DNA from: an uncultured Flavobacterium sp.
GTDB lineage: Bacteria; Bacteroidota; Bacteroidia; Flavobacteriales; Flavobacteriaceae
Assembly (NCBI GenBank): GCA_963511795.1
Contig: CAUPKP010000013.1
Span: 9,279-73,278 of the forward strand
Reading direction: 5' to 3'
Length of the DNA stretch: 64,000 nt
Below, piece after piece: positions 28,142 to 37,880 of the stretch. Positions within the stretch are counted from its first letter, which is position 1; each line of letters starts with the position of its first letter. The notes below the pieces were generated by a model. It worked only from the letters and a program-made list of their open reading frames with translations, was not told the DNA's origin and searched no databases. The translations under genes were made by a program, and so were the position numbers.

Positions 28142-29416
28142 ATGAAAAATCGAGTTGTTATAACGGGTCTAGGCGTTGTTGCTCCAAATGGAGTAGGGCT
28201 TGATGCGTTTCAGCATGCGATAAAAAATGGAATTTCAGGAATAAGGCATTTTGAGGAATTGGAAAGATTAAAATTTTCATGCCAAATTGCAGGAATGCCA
28301 GACGTATCAACCGAACTGGCATTGCGATATTTTACAGAGCTGGAACTTAAGAATTTTAATTCTACAGGTATTTTATATGGTGTAATTGCAGGAATTGATG
28401 CTTGGAAAGATGCTGGTTTATCAATGGAGCGATTTGATGAACCCGATTGGGACAGCGGTACTATTTTTGGCTCTGGAACTTCTGGAATTGATAAATTTCG
28501 GGAGAGTATTTATAAGATAGACGATTTTAAAGTTCGGAATTTAGGAAGCACTTCAGTAATTCAAACAATGAACAGTGGTGTCAGTGCTTATTTAGGTGGC
28601 AAATTAGGATTGGGTAATCTAGTAACTTCAAATTCTTCGGCCTGTACGACTGGAACTGAAAGTATTATTCTAGGATATGAACGCATTAAGTCAGGGCAGG
28701 CTAAACGTATTTTGGCAGGAAGCACAAGTGATTCAGGGCCTTATATCTGGGGAGGATTTGACGCAATGCGGGTCTGTACTTATAAACACAATCAATCACC
28801 GGAAACAGGATCCAGGCCGATGTCAGCCAGCGCATCGGGATTTGTTCCGGCAAGCGGAGCAGGAGCTTTAGTTTTGGAAGATATGGAAACGGCTTTGGCA
28901 CGTGGAGCAAGAATATATGTAGAAGTGTTAGGAGGAGCCTTGAATTCTGGCGGACAACGTGGATTAGGAACATTGACAGCGCCAAATCCTGTGGCTGTTC
29001 AAAAATGTATTCAAAGCGCGATGATAAATGCAGGAATTACGGGTAAGGATATTGATGCTATTAATGGCCATCTTACAGCAACCGTTAAGGATGGTTTGGA
29101 AATTTTAAACTGGAGTAAGGCATTAAACCGAAATGGAATTGATTTTCCTTATATAAATTCGCTGAAATCGACTGTTGGACATTGTTTGTCAGCAGCGGGA
29201 AGTATTGAAAGCGTAGCTACGGTTTTACAGCTATATCATGGATTTGTATTTCCGAATCGGAATTGTGAAGATCTGCATCCGGAAATTGAAGCAATTATTG
29301 ATTCTTCCAGAATTCCTTTGAAACTAATCGAAACCGATTTGAATATTATTTTAAAGGCCAGTTTTGGTTTTGGAGATGTGAATGGATGTGTCGCTTTTAA
29401 AAAAATAATATCTTAG
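28142..29416 (+). CDS. Beta-ketoacyl-ACP synthase (FabF/FabB-like)
   Basis: RVVITGLG, SSACTTG (Cys), INGHLTAT (His), KSTVGHCLSAAG (His), SFGFG. Confidence 0.93.
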   Translation: MKNRVVITGLGVVAPNGVGLDAFQHAIKNGISGIRHFEELERLKFSCQIAGMPDVSTELALRYFTELELKNFNSTGILYGVIAGIDAWKDAGLSMERFDEPDWDSGTIFGSGTSGIDKFRESIYKIDDFKVRNLGSTSVIQTMNSGVSAYLGGKLGLGNLVTSNSSACTTGTESIILGYERIKSGQAKRILAGSTSDSGPYIWGGFDAMRVCTYKHNQSPETGSRPMSASASGFVPASGAGALVLEDMETALARGARIYVEVLGGALNSGGQRGLGTLTAPNPVAVQKCIQSAMINAGITGKDIDAINGHLTATVKDGLEILNWSKALNRNGIDFPYINSLKSTVGHCLSAAGSIESVATVLQLYHGFVFPNRNCEDLHPEIEAIIDSSRIPLKLIETDLNIILKASFGFGDVNGCVAFKKIIS

Positions 29417-29457
29417 TGATTTTAATATTAGATAGTTAATGTAAAAAAGATGATTTT

Positions 29458-29712
29458 ATGGATAGAGAACAAGCATTCGAGCAGTTAAAAAATATAGTGA
29501 AGCCTTATGTTCAAGATCAGGCAGCTTTTGAAACTATTTCTGAGGAAACAGATTTTATAAATGATTTAAAAATAAATTCGGCTAATCTGGTTGATGTGAT
29601 CTTGGATATTGAAGAAAAGTTTGATATCATAATCGATAACGAAGCAATGAAGCAGATGGTTAACGTAAAAGAAGCTATCGCCATTATTGAAACTGAATTG
29701 TTAAAAGAATGA
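29458..29712 (+). CDS. Acyl carrier protein
   Basis: 84 aa acidic protein; DLKINSANLVDVILDIEEKFDI (Ser attachment site in NS rather than DS context). Confidence 0.9.
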   Translation: MDREQAFEQLKNIVKPYVQDQAAFETISEETDFINDLKINSANLVDVILDIEEKFDIIIDNEAMKQMVNVKEAIAIIETELLKE

Positions 29713-30194
29713 TTGGGAATGACATTGTTGATCTAGATTTAGCCCGAAAAGAAAGCAATTGGAGAAGAAAAGGCTTTTTGGAGAAAATATTTTCCCAACA
29801 GGAGCAAAATTTGATTCTGAATGCTTTAAATCCAGAACTTATGGTTTGGAACTTATGGAGCAGAAAAGAAGCTGCTTATAAAATTTATAATCGCTTTACC
29901 GGGATAAAAGGTTATTTTCCCTGGTTGCTGCAGTGCTGTTATGATGATGAAAACACGGGAAAAGTTATGATTGATGATTTTGTTTTTCATACCAATACAG
30001 AAATAACGAATGCTTATATTTATACTATTGCTGTTTCTAAAAAGGCTTTTTTTTCAAAAATAAAACCTCTAGAAACAGCAGAAAATATAAAAAAGACCAA
30101 TGGAATACCTTATATTCTGGATGATTTTACGAATGCAGTTCAGCCAGTTTCTAAAACTCATCACGGACGTTTCCAAAAGATAATTTCGCTGTAG
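29709..30194 (+). CDS. 4'-phosphopantetheinyl transferase (ACPS superfamily)
   Basis: IGNDIVD and WSRKEAAYK motifs; overlaps the ACP stop. Confidence 0.9.
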   Translation: MIGNDIVDLDLARKESNWRRKGFLEKIFSQQEQNLILNALNPELMVWNLWSRKEAAYKIYNRFTGIKGYFPWLLQCCYDDENTGKVMIDDFVFHTNTEITNAYIYTIAVSKKAFFSKIKPLETAENIKKTNGIPYILDDFTNAVQPVSKTHHGRFQKIISL

Positions 30195-30197
30195 AAA

Positions 30198-30794
30198 TTA
30201 TTTAATTCCTAATTTCTTCTTCAGTGTTAAGAACAATAAAGCAATTGTATATGCATTTTCTGAAGGGGAATTGCGGTAGCTTTTTGGGAGTTTAAAGATT
30301 TCTGACAGTTCGTCCAGTGAAAACTGTTTGTCATTGATATCCATCAGTTTTCGGTACATCACATCAATATCCAACGCCTCATTTTTTAATCGGCCACAGC
30401 TGGATCTTGCCAAAGCACTATTGATCATGTCAACATCAAAATCAACATGATGTCCTATTAAAACAGCATTTCCGATATAATCTATAAATGCATGCATGGC
30501 TTCCGGCTCATTCAATTTTTTCATTTTGCTTTCCAGAATGAATTCATTCGAAAGTCCGTTGTCATGAAAATATTTGTACTGCAGAAGAACAGCTTCAAAA
30601 TTATCACCTATATAGATTCTATTGTTAACTATGGCAAAGGAACCAATGGATAAAATAACATCCTTTTCGGGGTTTAAACCAGAAGTTTCTGTTGTAAATA
30701 CAACATAGCGATTTGGTTTCTGATCAAACTTAGCAAGATAAGTTTTCCAAAATTCAGGGTGTTCTTTATTTATATTTTTTAGCCAATCCAGCAT
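30198..30794 (-). CDS. DnaQ/PolC-like 3'-5' exonuclease-fold protein, catalytically degenerate
   Basis: FTTETSGL (ExoI Asp replaced by Thr), GHHVDFD (ExoII), RNSPSENA (ExoIII His and Asp absent). Confidence 0.8.
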   Translation of the reverse strand: MLDWLKNINKEHPEFWKTYLAKFDQKPNRYVVFTTETSGLNPEKDVILSIGSFAIVNNRIYIGDNFEAVLLQYKYFHDNGLSNEFILESKMKKLNEPEAMHAFIDYIGNAVLIGHHVDFDVDMINSALARSSCGRLKNEALDIDVMYRKLMDINDKQFSLDELSEIFKLPKSYRNSPSENAYTIALLFLTLKKKLGIK

Positions 30795-30796
30795 CT

Positions 30797-32713
30797 TTAT
30801 GAAAATTGCGTTAGTTTGAAATTACTTTTAATTAATTCTTCTAATTCTCTCATTGGGGCTAAGGCATTCTTTAATTTTTCTTTTTCTAATTTATTCAATT
30901 CGCTCAGATTGATATATTGCCCTGCATTTTCATTTTTTAAACCCTCATTCACTCTAAACTTGGATAAGGTTAAGAATGCTTCAGCACAGTTTAGGTAAAT
31001 ATCAGCATTTTTAGAATCAATAATTGCTAATTGCTTGAAACGTAAATAGGTATTATTAAGTCCTTTGATTTTAAAATGAAGTGCAAATAATCGTGCTCCG
31101 TCAATAAGAGGCATTAAAGCTCTGGTTTTTATATCAAATTTATCTTTATGCGGTTCGTCTTCTTCTACTGCAAATTTCTTGAAAAATGTAAGAGGGGAAT
31201 TTTTTCTTAAAGCGTCATTTCCGAGGAAATCAAAGAACAAAGTGTTTTGTTCCAAATCTTTCAGAATGATATTTTCTATAGTTTCGAATATTTTTTTCTC
31301 GCCAAAAACAAGTTCTAAGTCAAAGAAAATACTGCTTAGGTCATTGCTGTTTTCACCTGGAGCATTCATCCAGCTGTTGTATTGTTTAGTCCAGTCTGTC
31401 AATGATTTACACCAAAGCATATTGCTCGCCATATGACCATTTGGACATAATTCATAACCAACTTTTTCCAAAGTTGAAGTAGTCCTTTTTCCTAATTTCA
31501 AAAAGTAATCTCTTACATCTCTGTATTTTTCCGGAGCAACATCTTCAAAGACTAAAATGCTGTCTTGATCAGTAAGCAGCAACTGTTCTTTTCTTCCTTG
31601 GCTTCCTATGCTCAGCCACACAAAACGAGCAGGAGGAGAGCCTAATTCTAAAATTGACAATTCGACTGCTCGTTTTAAAATTGCAAGGTTTATTTCGCTT
31701 GTAATATTGTTTATGTTGGAAAGCGGAATGTTTTTATGAATTGAATTCTGAATCAGTTCCGTTAAGCGGTCTCTTAGATTTTTTAGATCTTTACCATTAG
31801 AAGCTCGTTTAATTTCTTTGATTAAAACACCAGGATTATTTGCTTGGGCAGTAATCAGATCGTGTTCAGAAATCATTCCTTTAACAGCAGATTTGTCTGT
31901 TCCGTCCAAAGTAACACATAAATGGGTTACATTATTTTTTAGCATTATGAGCTGCGCTTCAGCTAGTGAGATATTTTCAACAACTGTTACTACAGGTGAA
32001 GACATGATTGCTTTCATGGTAACAGTTAACGGAAACAGCCCTGTGGCAATTTTGGAACACATATCCGTGTGGGTCACAATTCCGATAGGTAACTTGTTAT
32101 CGCAAATCACAGCACTGGTCGATAAATTTTCGGTCATCAAGAGCGCAACATCTTTAACGGAGTCATTGATAGTTACAGTAATTGGTGTTCTGTTATAGGT
32201 TAGAGACTGGAAATACTGCATTTCAGCTTTTTGATCTATATAAAACACATTGTCATTAGACAGTTTTTCTCTTAAGTTTTCTTTTTCTTTTGGATGCCAG
32301 GTATTTGTTGCAAAACTTTCCAAAAGAAAGTTCAGCACATCTGGATTATTGGCTACAAATGGTCTGAATGTCGCAATAGGAATAGCATATACGATAGATT
32401 CTTCACGGGATTTAGCCGTCATCATGTAATTGTTTTTAGCAAAAAACGGTCTTAGTCCAAAAACATCACCAGCGTGACATTTATTTAAAAGTGTTTCTTC
32501 AGCATCTGCAATGACTGATAAATTTACCGTTCCAGTAGCAACAACATAGAAGCAATCGTGAAGTTTATCGTCTATTTGAAATAAAGTTTCGTTTTTTTCT
32601 AAATTTAAAACCCTAATATTTGTAGCGATTGCTGACAGTTCCTGAAAAGTCAAGTTGTCAAAAGGCGGATATACCTTTAAAAAATCAGCAATATTCTCTG
32701 CAATTGTATTCAT
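30797..32713 (-). CDS. cNMP-binding / CBS-pair / DUF294 nucleotidyltransferase protein
   Basis: N-terminal cNMP-binding domain (GDVFG.R), CBS pair, GSQGRKEQLLLTDQD NTase motif, C-terminal FDIK.RAL.P..DGAR. Confidence 0.9.
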   Translation of the reverse strand: MNTIAENIADFLKVYPPFDNLTFQELSAIATNIRVLNLEKNETLFQIDDKLHDCFYVVATGTVNLSVIADAEETLLNKCHAGDVFGLRPFFAKNNYMMTAKSREESIVYAIPIATFRPFVANNPDVLNFLLESFATNTWHPKEKENLREKLSNDNVFYIDQKAEMQYFQSLTYNRTPITVTINDSVKDVALLMTENLSTSAVICDNKLPIGIVTHTDMCSKIATGLFPLTVTMKAIMSSPVVTVVENISLAEAQLIMLKNNVTHLCVTLDGTDKSAVKGMISEHDLITAQANNPGVLIKEIKRASNGKDLKNLRDRLTELIQNSIHKNIPLSNINNITSEINLAILKRAVELSILELGSPPARFVWLSIGSQGRKEQLLLTDQDSILVFEDVAPEKYRDVRDYFLKLGKRTTSTLEKVGYELCPNGHMASNMLWCKSLTDWTKQYNSWMNAPGENSNDLSSIFFDLELVFGEKKIFETIENIILKDLEQNTLFFDFLGNDALRKNSPLTFFKKFAVEEDEPHKDKFDIKTRALMPLIDGARLFALHFKIKGLNNTYLRFKQLAIIDSKNADIYLNCAEAFLTLSKFRVNEGLKNENAGQYINLSELNKLEKEKLKNALAPMRELEELIKSNFKLTQFS

Positions 32714-32886
32714 AGTTTTTTTGTAAAGTAATGTCCGTAAAAATAGTAAAAAATAGAAGCAAAAAAAAGGTATGAATTTTTAATTTGATTTAATGGAACT
32801 ATAGTTAATTTTATCATAAATAGCTGTTTAATAGCTATACATTAGATGTAAATATTTAATTTTAGTACTAAATAATTAAAGAAAAC

Positions 32887-33393
32887 ATGAAAAATTTAAA
32901 AAACACATTACTAGTATTATTTTCTTTCTTTGCTGTATCATTTGCAAATGCACAAGAAAAACCGAAGAGTACTCCAGAAAAAGCAACTGGAAAAATCAAT
33001 GGAGCCACTATTCAAATAAATTATAGCAGCCCGTCTGTTAAAGGCAGAAAAATATGGGGGGAATTAGTGCCATTTGATGCCGTTTGGCGTGCCGGCGCAA
33101 ATGACGCAACAACATTTGAAACAGATAAAGACCTTATGATTGAAGGCTCAAAACTGCCAGCAGGAAAATATTCTTTTTTTGTAATTCCAAATGAAAAAGA
33201 AAGCACGATTATTTTTAATACAGAAGCCAAACAATGGGGAGCTTATAAATATGATGAAAAAAAGGATCAGCTTCGCGTAAAAGTTAAGCCTAAAACTGCT
33301 GGTTCAAGTGCAGAAAAATTAGTTTATACAATCAATTCAAATGATATTGTTTTGAGCTGGGATACTTGGAATATTGGTTTCAAAGTAAAATAG
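32887..33393 (+). CDS. DUF2911-family secreted protein
   Basis: Signal peptide; I.YSSPSVKGR.IWGELVP...WRAGAN.AT, LPAGKYS. Confidence 0.85.
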   Translation: MKNLKNTLLVLFSFFAVSFANAQEKPKSTPEKATGKINGATIQINYSSPSVKGRKIWGELVPFDAVWRAGANDATTFETDKDLMIEGSKLPAGKYSFFVIPNEKESTIIFNTEAKQWGAYKYDEKKDQLRVKVKPKTAGSSAEKLVYTINSNDIVLSWDTWNIGFKVK

Positions 33394-33424
33394 TTTTTAA
33401 ATATTTTAGAAACAAACAATTTTT

Positions 33425-33459
33425 AAAATCATCGTCAATTATGGCGATGATTTTTTTTT
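33425..33459 (+). terminator. Intrinsic terminator
   Basis: AAAATCATCGTC-aattat-GGCGATGATTTTTTTTT. Confidence 0.75.
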
Positions 33460-33692
33460 AGATAATTATTAAAAGTTTTAGAGAAGGTCAGTGCAGTTAT
33501 CTAGTTAGCTAATATTAAATACAAATTCAACTAAAGGTAAAAGATAAACAGATATAGGTTCTATAAAAATTCTATTTTACATAATATAAATTATAGTTCA
33601 TTTTATATAACATAAAATAATGGCTAAAATGAGTAATTTATTCAATTGATGATAACTACATCGTTTTGTCTCAAAATAATTTTTTTTTTATT

Positions 33693-34154
33693 CTACAAAG
33701 TCATTTTTGTCAATTCAACTTCGAGCTTATCAAAGTTCTCTTCATTTTTATCGACAACAAATGGTTTTAATTTATTGCATTCTTCAGGTGTGTCAAAAAT
33801 CATTTTGAAAACAATTTTTGTTTTTTCGCTGGATACTTCTTCAAATGTTACAAGAACTTGAAAAAGCGGTTTTGAAATGCGTTTCCATGCGATTAGATTT
33901 GGCTTGTCAATTTTTATAAATTCACATTCATTTTGATAATTTCCTTTGTCTGGTCCGTGCATAATAAAAATCCATTTTCCGCCTGGACGTAAATCGAATT
34001 CATTAAAAGTATTTGTAAATCCTGCAGGTCCCCACCAGTTTTTTAAATGATTTGGATCAGTCCAAGCTTTAAAAGCAAGATTCATTGATGCGTTTACAAT
34101 TCGTGTAGTAACAATTTCGCAGTCTGGTGTTGATGAAAAAATATTTGATTCCAT
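33693..34154 (-). CDS. SRPBCC/AHSA1 (START-like) domain protein
   Basis: FKAWTDP.HLKNWWGP.GF, DLRPGG.W.F.MHGPD. Confidence 0.88.
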   Translation of the reverse strand: MESNIFSSTPDCEIVTTRIVNASMNLAFKAWTDPNHLKNWWGPAGFTNTFNEFDLRPGGKWIFIMHGPDKGNYQNECEFIKIDKPNLIAWKRISKPLFQVLVTFEEVSSEKTKIVFKMIFDTPEECNKLKPFVVDKNEENFDKLEVELTKMTL

Positions 34155-34185
34155 TAGTATGTTATTTTGTTAGGAAAAATTGGCT

Positions 34186-34220
34186 ACAGATTATACAGAT
34201 TAAAGAGATTGGCACAGATT
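34186..34220. repeat. Degenerate ACAGATT array (9-10 nt period)
   Basis: ACAGATT at 34186, 34195 and 34214, plus AGAGATT at 34204. Confidence 0.65.
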
Positions 34221-34343
34221 TTTTATTTTTAATAAACGGACAGAAAGTTAGTAAAAATAATAGAGAACCAAATTCTTAGACCAATATATTGTTGAAATTA
34301 CACGTTTATTTATCTTTCATTTATGCTTTCGTTCCTCTAAAAA

Positions 34344-34376
34344 TTGGGTTTATGAGATTTCTATGTCTTACCTTTG
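34344..34376 (+). promoter_or_regulatory. Bacteroidota promoter of the Bcr/CflA gene
   Basis: TTG-N22-TACCTTTG; the track's TTG start at 34374 lies inside this element. Confidence 0.6.
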
Positions 34377-34394
34377 CAAAAGACAAAAAGGATT

Positions 34395-35627
34395 ATGACA
34401 AAAGGAAAATACATTCAGCTGATACTGATTTTGGGTTCTATGACGGCTCTTGGGCCATTTTCGATTGATATGTATTTACCCAGTTTTTCGGGGATTGCAA
34501 AAGATCTGCATACTACAGTTACCGAGGTTTCTGCATCTTTATCCAGTTATTTTATCGGTATTTCATTTGGGCAATTGTTATATGGGCCTTTGCTGGATCG
34601 TTATGGACGAAAAAAGCCATTGTTCATTGGATTGCTGGTTTATATATTAGCGTCTTTAGGCTGTGCCGTTGTGGCAAATATCAATGTGTTTATAGGACTT
34701 CGCTTTATTCAGGCTGTAGGAAGCTGTGCGGCTACTGTGGCTTCGGTTGCGATGGTTCGGGATTTGTTTCCTGTGAAGGAAATTCCCAATGTTTTGTCCA
34801 AATTAATGCTGGTTCTTGGGCTTTCGCCAATGCTGGCGCCAACCATTGGAAGCTATGTAACGACTTATTACGGTTGGCATCCCATATTTTTTATACTAAT
34901 GTTCTTAGGTGGTTTTGTACTTATTGCATCACAATTGGGATTGCCTGATACACACAAACCTGATCCCACTATTTCATTGAAACCGAAGCCAATTATTAGC
35001 AATTTTATTGGGATTATCAAAGTGCCTCAGTTTTATACTTATGCTTTGACAGGTTCAATCGCATTTTCGGGATTGTTTACTTATGTTGCGGCTTCTCCTA
35101 TTTTGTTTATGGATATTTTAAAAGTGGATGCGACTGTTTACGGCTGGATTTTTGCTTTTATGTCGGTGAGTTTTATTGGTTCGAGCCAATTGAATTCCTT
35201 ATTATTGAGAAGATTCTCCAGTGAACAGATGATTTTTGGTGCATTGGTTGTTCAAATATTTATAAGTGTTGCTTTTTTGATTTTGGCAATAAATGATGAT
35301 TTAGGTTTGTACGGCACTATGGTGATGCTCTTTTTATTTTTGGCTTGTTTGGGTATTTCCAATCCTAATACTGCTGGATTGACCCTTGCTCCTTTTGCCA
35401 AAAATACCGGAAGTGCTTCGGCATTGATGGGCGCGACTCAATTGGGAATTGGTGCGTTATCTTCTTTTGCCGTGGGTGTTTTTGTTAAAGATTCAATGGT
35501 TCCTATGGTAGCAATTATGACCTGCACCACGATTATCGCTTTTATTGTTTTGAATCTCGGTAAACGAAATATTAAGGAAACCGTTGTAAATGATTATGGA
35601 GATGATGAAGTTACAATGGTTCACTAA
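34395..35627 (+). CDS. Bcr/CflA-family multidrug efflux MFS transporter
   Basis: IDMYLPS, GQL.YGP..DRYGRK, P..AP.IG; ATG at 34395. Confidence 0.9.
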   Translation: MTKGKYIQLILILGSMTALGPFSIDMYLPSFSGIAKDLHTTVTEVSASLSSYFIGISFGQLLYGPLLDRYGRKKPLFIGLLVYILASLGCAVVANINVFIGLRFIQAVGSCAATVASVAMVRDLFPVKEIPNVLSKLMLVLGLSPMLAPTIGSYVTTYYGWHPIFFILMFLGGFVLIASQLGLPDTHKPDPTISLKPKPIISNFIGIIKVPQFYTYALTGSIAFSGLFTYVAASPILFMDILKVDATVYGWIFAFMSVSFIGSSQLNSLLLRRFSSEQMIFGALVVQIFISVAFLILAINDDLGLYGTMVMLFLFLACLGISNPNTAGLTLAPFAKNTGSASALMGATQLGIGALSSFAVGVFVKDSMVPMVAIMTCTTIIAFIVLNLGKRNIKETVVNDYGDDEVTMVH

Positions 35628-35647
35628 TTTATTATTTGGATAAGGAG

Positions 35648-36064
35648 TTATAGCTTTTGTAAATAGACTGATTTTCCATTCACCATTACATCATACTGAC
35701 CTGAGGTTTCATTAAAAGTTGTTCGGACATAATTTCCTTTAAAAACAACAACTGCACCATAAATTTTTCCATTGCTGGCTGATACAAAATCAAATACTAC
35801 TCTTGTATTATCTGGGCTAATGCTCAGTTTGTAAGTGCTGAAGTCTGTGTTTTTTAGAATAAATTCTTGTTTTGTATCAATTATTTTATCATCGATATAA
35901 AAATTGACAACTTTATCACTTAAGCTGATATCTGGATAATATTCATTGACTTTTTTAAGCAATTCATACTGCGCTGGACTTGCATTCTCATTTTTAGATG
36001 AAATAGTTTGTGAAAATGAAGCTGCCGAAAACATAAAACTCAATAGTAAAATGTACTTTTTCAT
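35648..36064 (-). CDS. Hypothetical secreted protein
   Basis: Signal peptide MKKYILLLSFMFSAASFSQ; 138 aa. Confidence 0.65.
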   Translation of the reverse strand: MKKYILLLSFMFSAASFSQTISSKNENASPAQYELLKKVNEYYPDISLSDKVVNFYIDDKIIDTKQEFILKNTDFSTYKLSISPDNTRVVFDFVSASNGKIYGAVVVFKGNYVRTTFNETSGQYDVMVNGKSVYLQKL

Positions 36065-36197
36065 AATGCTGATTTTTAATTTTTTTAAGACTAGTTTAAA
36101 TTCTTAACTAATTTACGAATATTTTTTTTATAAATAATTGAAAATAAGGTAATTGTATTGTTTTTTTGGTGATATTTGCCATTCAAAATCTATTTCA

Positions 36198-37394
36198 TTA
36201 GGCACTTTCATCAGACATGATTTCCTCTGAGCTTCCTTTTTTATAAATGGGCTGTTCAAATGGTAATGTGAAATAAAAAGTAGAGCCTTCTCCTTCAATA
36301 CTTTCTACCCATATTTCGCCACCATTTTTTTCTAAAAAGCCTTTTACCAGTAATAGTCCGATTCCGGCACCTTTATTATTTTTTCTTGTTTCTGAAAGTG
36401 CTGTAATTTGCGGCGTGAAAAGTTTTTCGATTATTTCTTTTGACATTCCGATTCCAGTATCTTTAACCTGAATAATAACTTTATCCTCTTCCTTTTTTTC
36501 TGAAATTATTATTGATCCGTCTTTTTCAGTATATTTTATAGCATTTGAGACTATATTGTGAATGATGGATATTAACATTTTACTATCGGCAAACACATAG
36601 GTATTCTCTTCAACTTCGTGACGAAGATTGATATTATTTATCGAAGCGGTATCGTTTAAAGTGTCAAAAACTTTATCAATATAATTAATCAGTTTTAATT
36701 TTGCTGGCAAGAATGTGTCCGATGCATATTTTACTCTTGCCCATTCTACTAAATAGTCTAACATTTCCAATTCATCTGTTGAAGTTTCATAAACTAAGTC
36801 AAGCATTTCCTGCATAAGATCGGGATCCATTTCACGAAAATTATCTTTTAGAAATTTAGTCGTTCCTATAATTCCAGATAAAGGACTTCTTAAATCATGT
36901 GAAAGTACTGCCATAACGCTCTCTTTATGAGTGTTAAGATTTTCTAATTCTCTGATATAATTTTTTATCACATCCTTCGATTTCTTTCTATCAGTCAAGT
37001 CCCTCAAAACTTTAACGAAGCCCAGCCTCTCACCGTCTAAACCAATGAGCGGAAAAATAAATCCAGAGGCATAAAACAGGCGCTTATTTTTGGCAATATG
37101 CCATCTGTTATCTGTAGCTCTGCCTTTTTCCAAAGCGGTTTCAATATCTTTTTTTGGAATGCCGTTTTTTAAATCTTCATCAGTAAAAATTATATCAAAA
37201 GATTTCCCAATAACTTCATCAGTTTCGTAACCGAATATCTTTATAGATCCTGAACTCCAGCTGTTTATATGTAAGTCATTATCTAATGTAAAAATGGAAT
37301 AGTCATGTAAACTGTCTATGATCTGGCTATAGAAGTCAGCAGTTGGGATGTATTTATTTTTTAGAATTTTATTTTCGCTTAGTTTAGTCCCCAT
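36198..37394 (-). CDS. Cytoplasmic PAS-domain sensor histidine kinase (orphan)
   Basis: PAS (WSSG..KIFGY...EVIGK), LSHDLRSPL H-box, N-box NIVSNAIKY, DTGIGM, G.GIGL, GSTFYF. Confidence 0.92.
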   Translation of the reverse strand: MGTKLSENKILKNKYIPTADFYSQIIDSLHDYSIFTLDNDLHINSWSSGSIKIFGYETDEVIGKSFDIIFTDEDLKNGIPKKDIETALEKGRATDNRWHIAKNKRLFYASGFIFPLIGLDGERLGFVKVLRDLTDRKKSKDVIKNYIRELENLNTHKESVMAVLSHDLRSPLSGIIGTTKFLKDNFREMDPDLMQEMLDLVYETSTDELEMLDYLVEWARVKYASDTFLPAKLKLINYIDKVFDTLNDTASINNINLRHEVEENTYVFADSKMLISIIHNIVSNAIKYTEKDGSIIISEKKEEDKVIIQVKDTGIGMSKEIIEKLFTPQITALSETRKNNKGAGIGLLLVKGFLEKNGGEIWVESIEGEGSTFYFTLPFEQPIYKKGSSEEIMSDESA

Positions 37395-37656
37395 TTGATA
37401 GTCTTTAAGTCATTGTGTCGTAATATTCTCCATTCTGTCTACCGCCATTGCTTATAATGTTACTTAATTACCGCTGGATGATAGCTAATTTAAACCATAT
37501 CTTCAGATATGTTTTATATAATAACATTAAATGTTTTTAATTTTTACATGTTTTAAAAAGTTTAATATATTGATTAATAAGTAGTTTTGTTTTTTTTTCA
37601 TAGATGAATAAATTTTTTTGCAGTTGTAGATTTACGTTATGATGGAGCATTGAGTA

Positions 37657-37690
37657 CCTCACCCCCAGCCCCTCTCCCAAGGAGAGGGGA
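37657..37690 (+). repeat. C-rich REP-like palindrome
   Basis: CCTCACCCCCAG-CCCCTCTCC-CAA-GGAGAGGGG; related copies at 43164, 43386, 63869 and 63956. Confidence 0.8.
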
Positions 37691-37880
37691 GCTACTCAAC
37701 TAATTTACATGTGCTTTGTGTAATTGCAAATTATATTGCCTGCCTGTCAGATTCTTGTGTATTGTCGAGAAGCTTTTTTTGACTAAGTCCAGAAAATGAG
37801 TATCGAATTTGATAAAAATAAGAGCAATCATTGTACATTAGCAACCAGTTTATATCAAAGAATTTTAAGAAACATACATT

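Noticed and set aside
24603-30194. PKS cluster as the flexirubin/aryl-polyene or housekeeping FAS locus
   Set aside because: It lacks DarA/DarB, chain-length factor, ligase, FabG and transport genes typical of those loci, and contains a bona fide type III PKS
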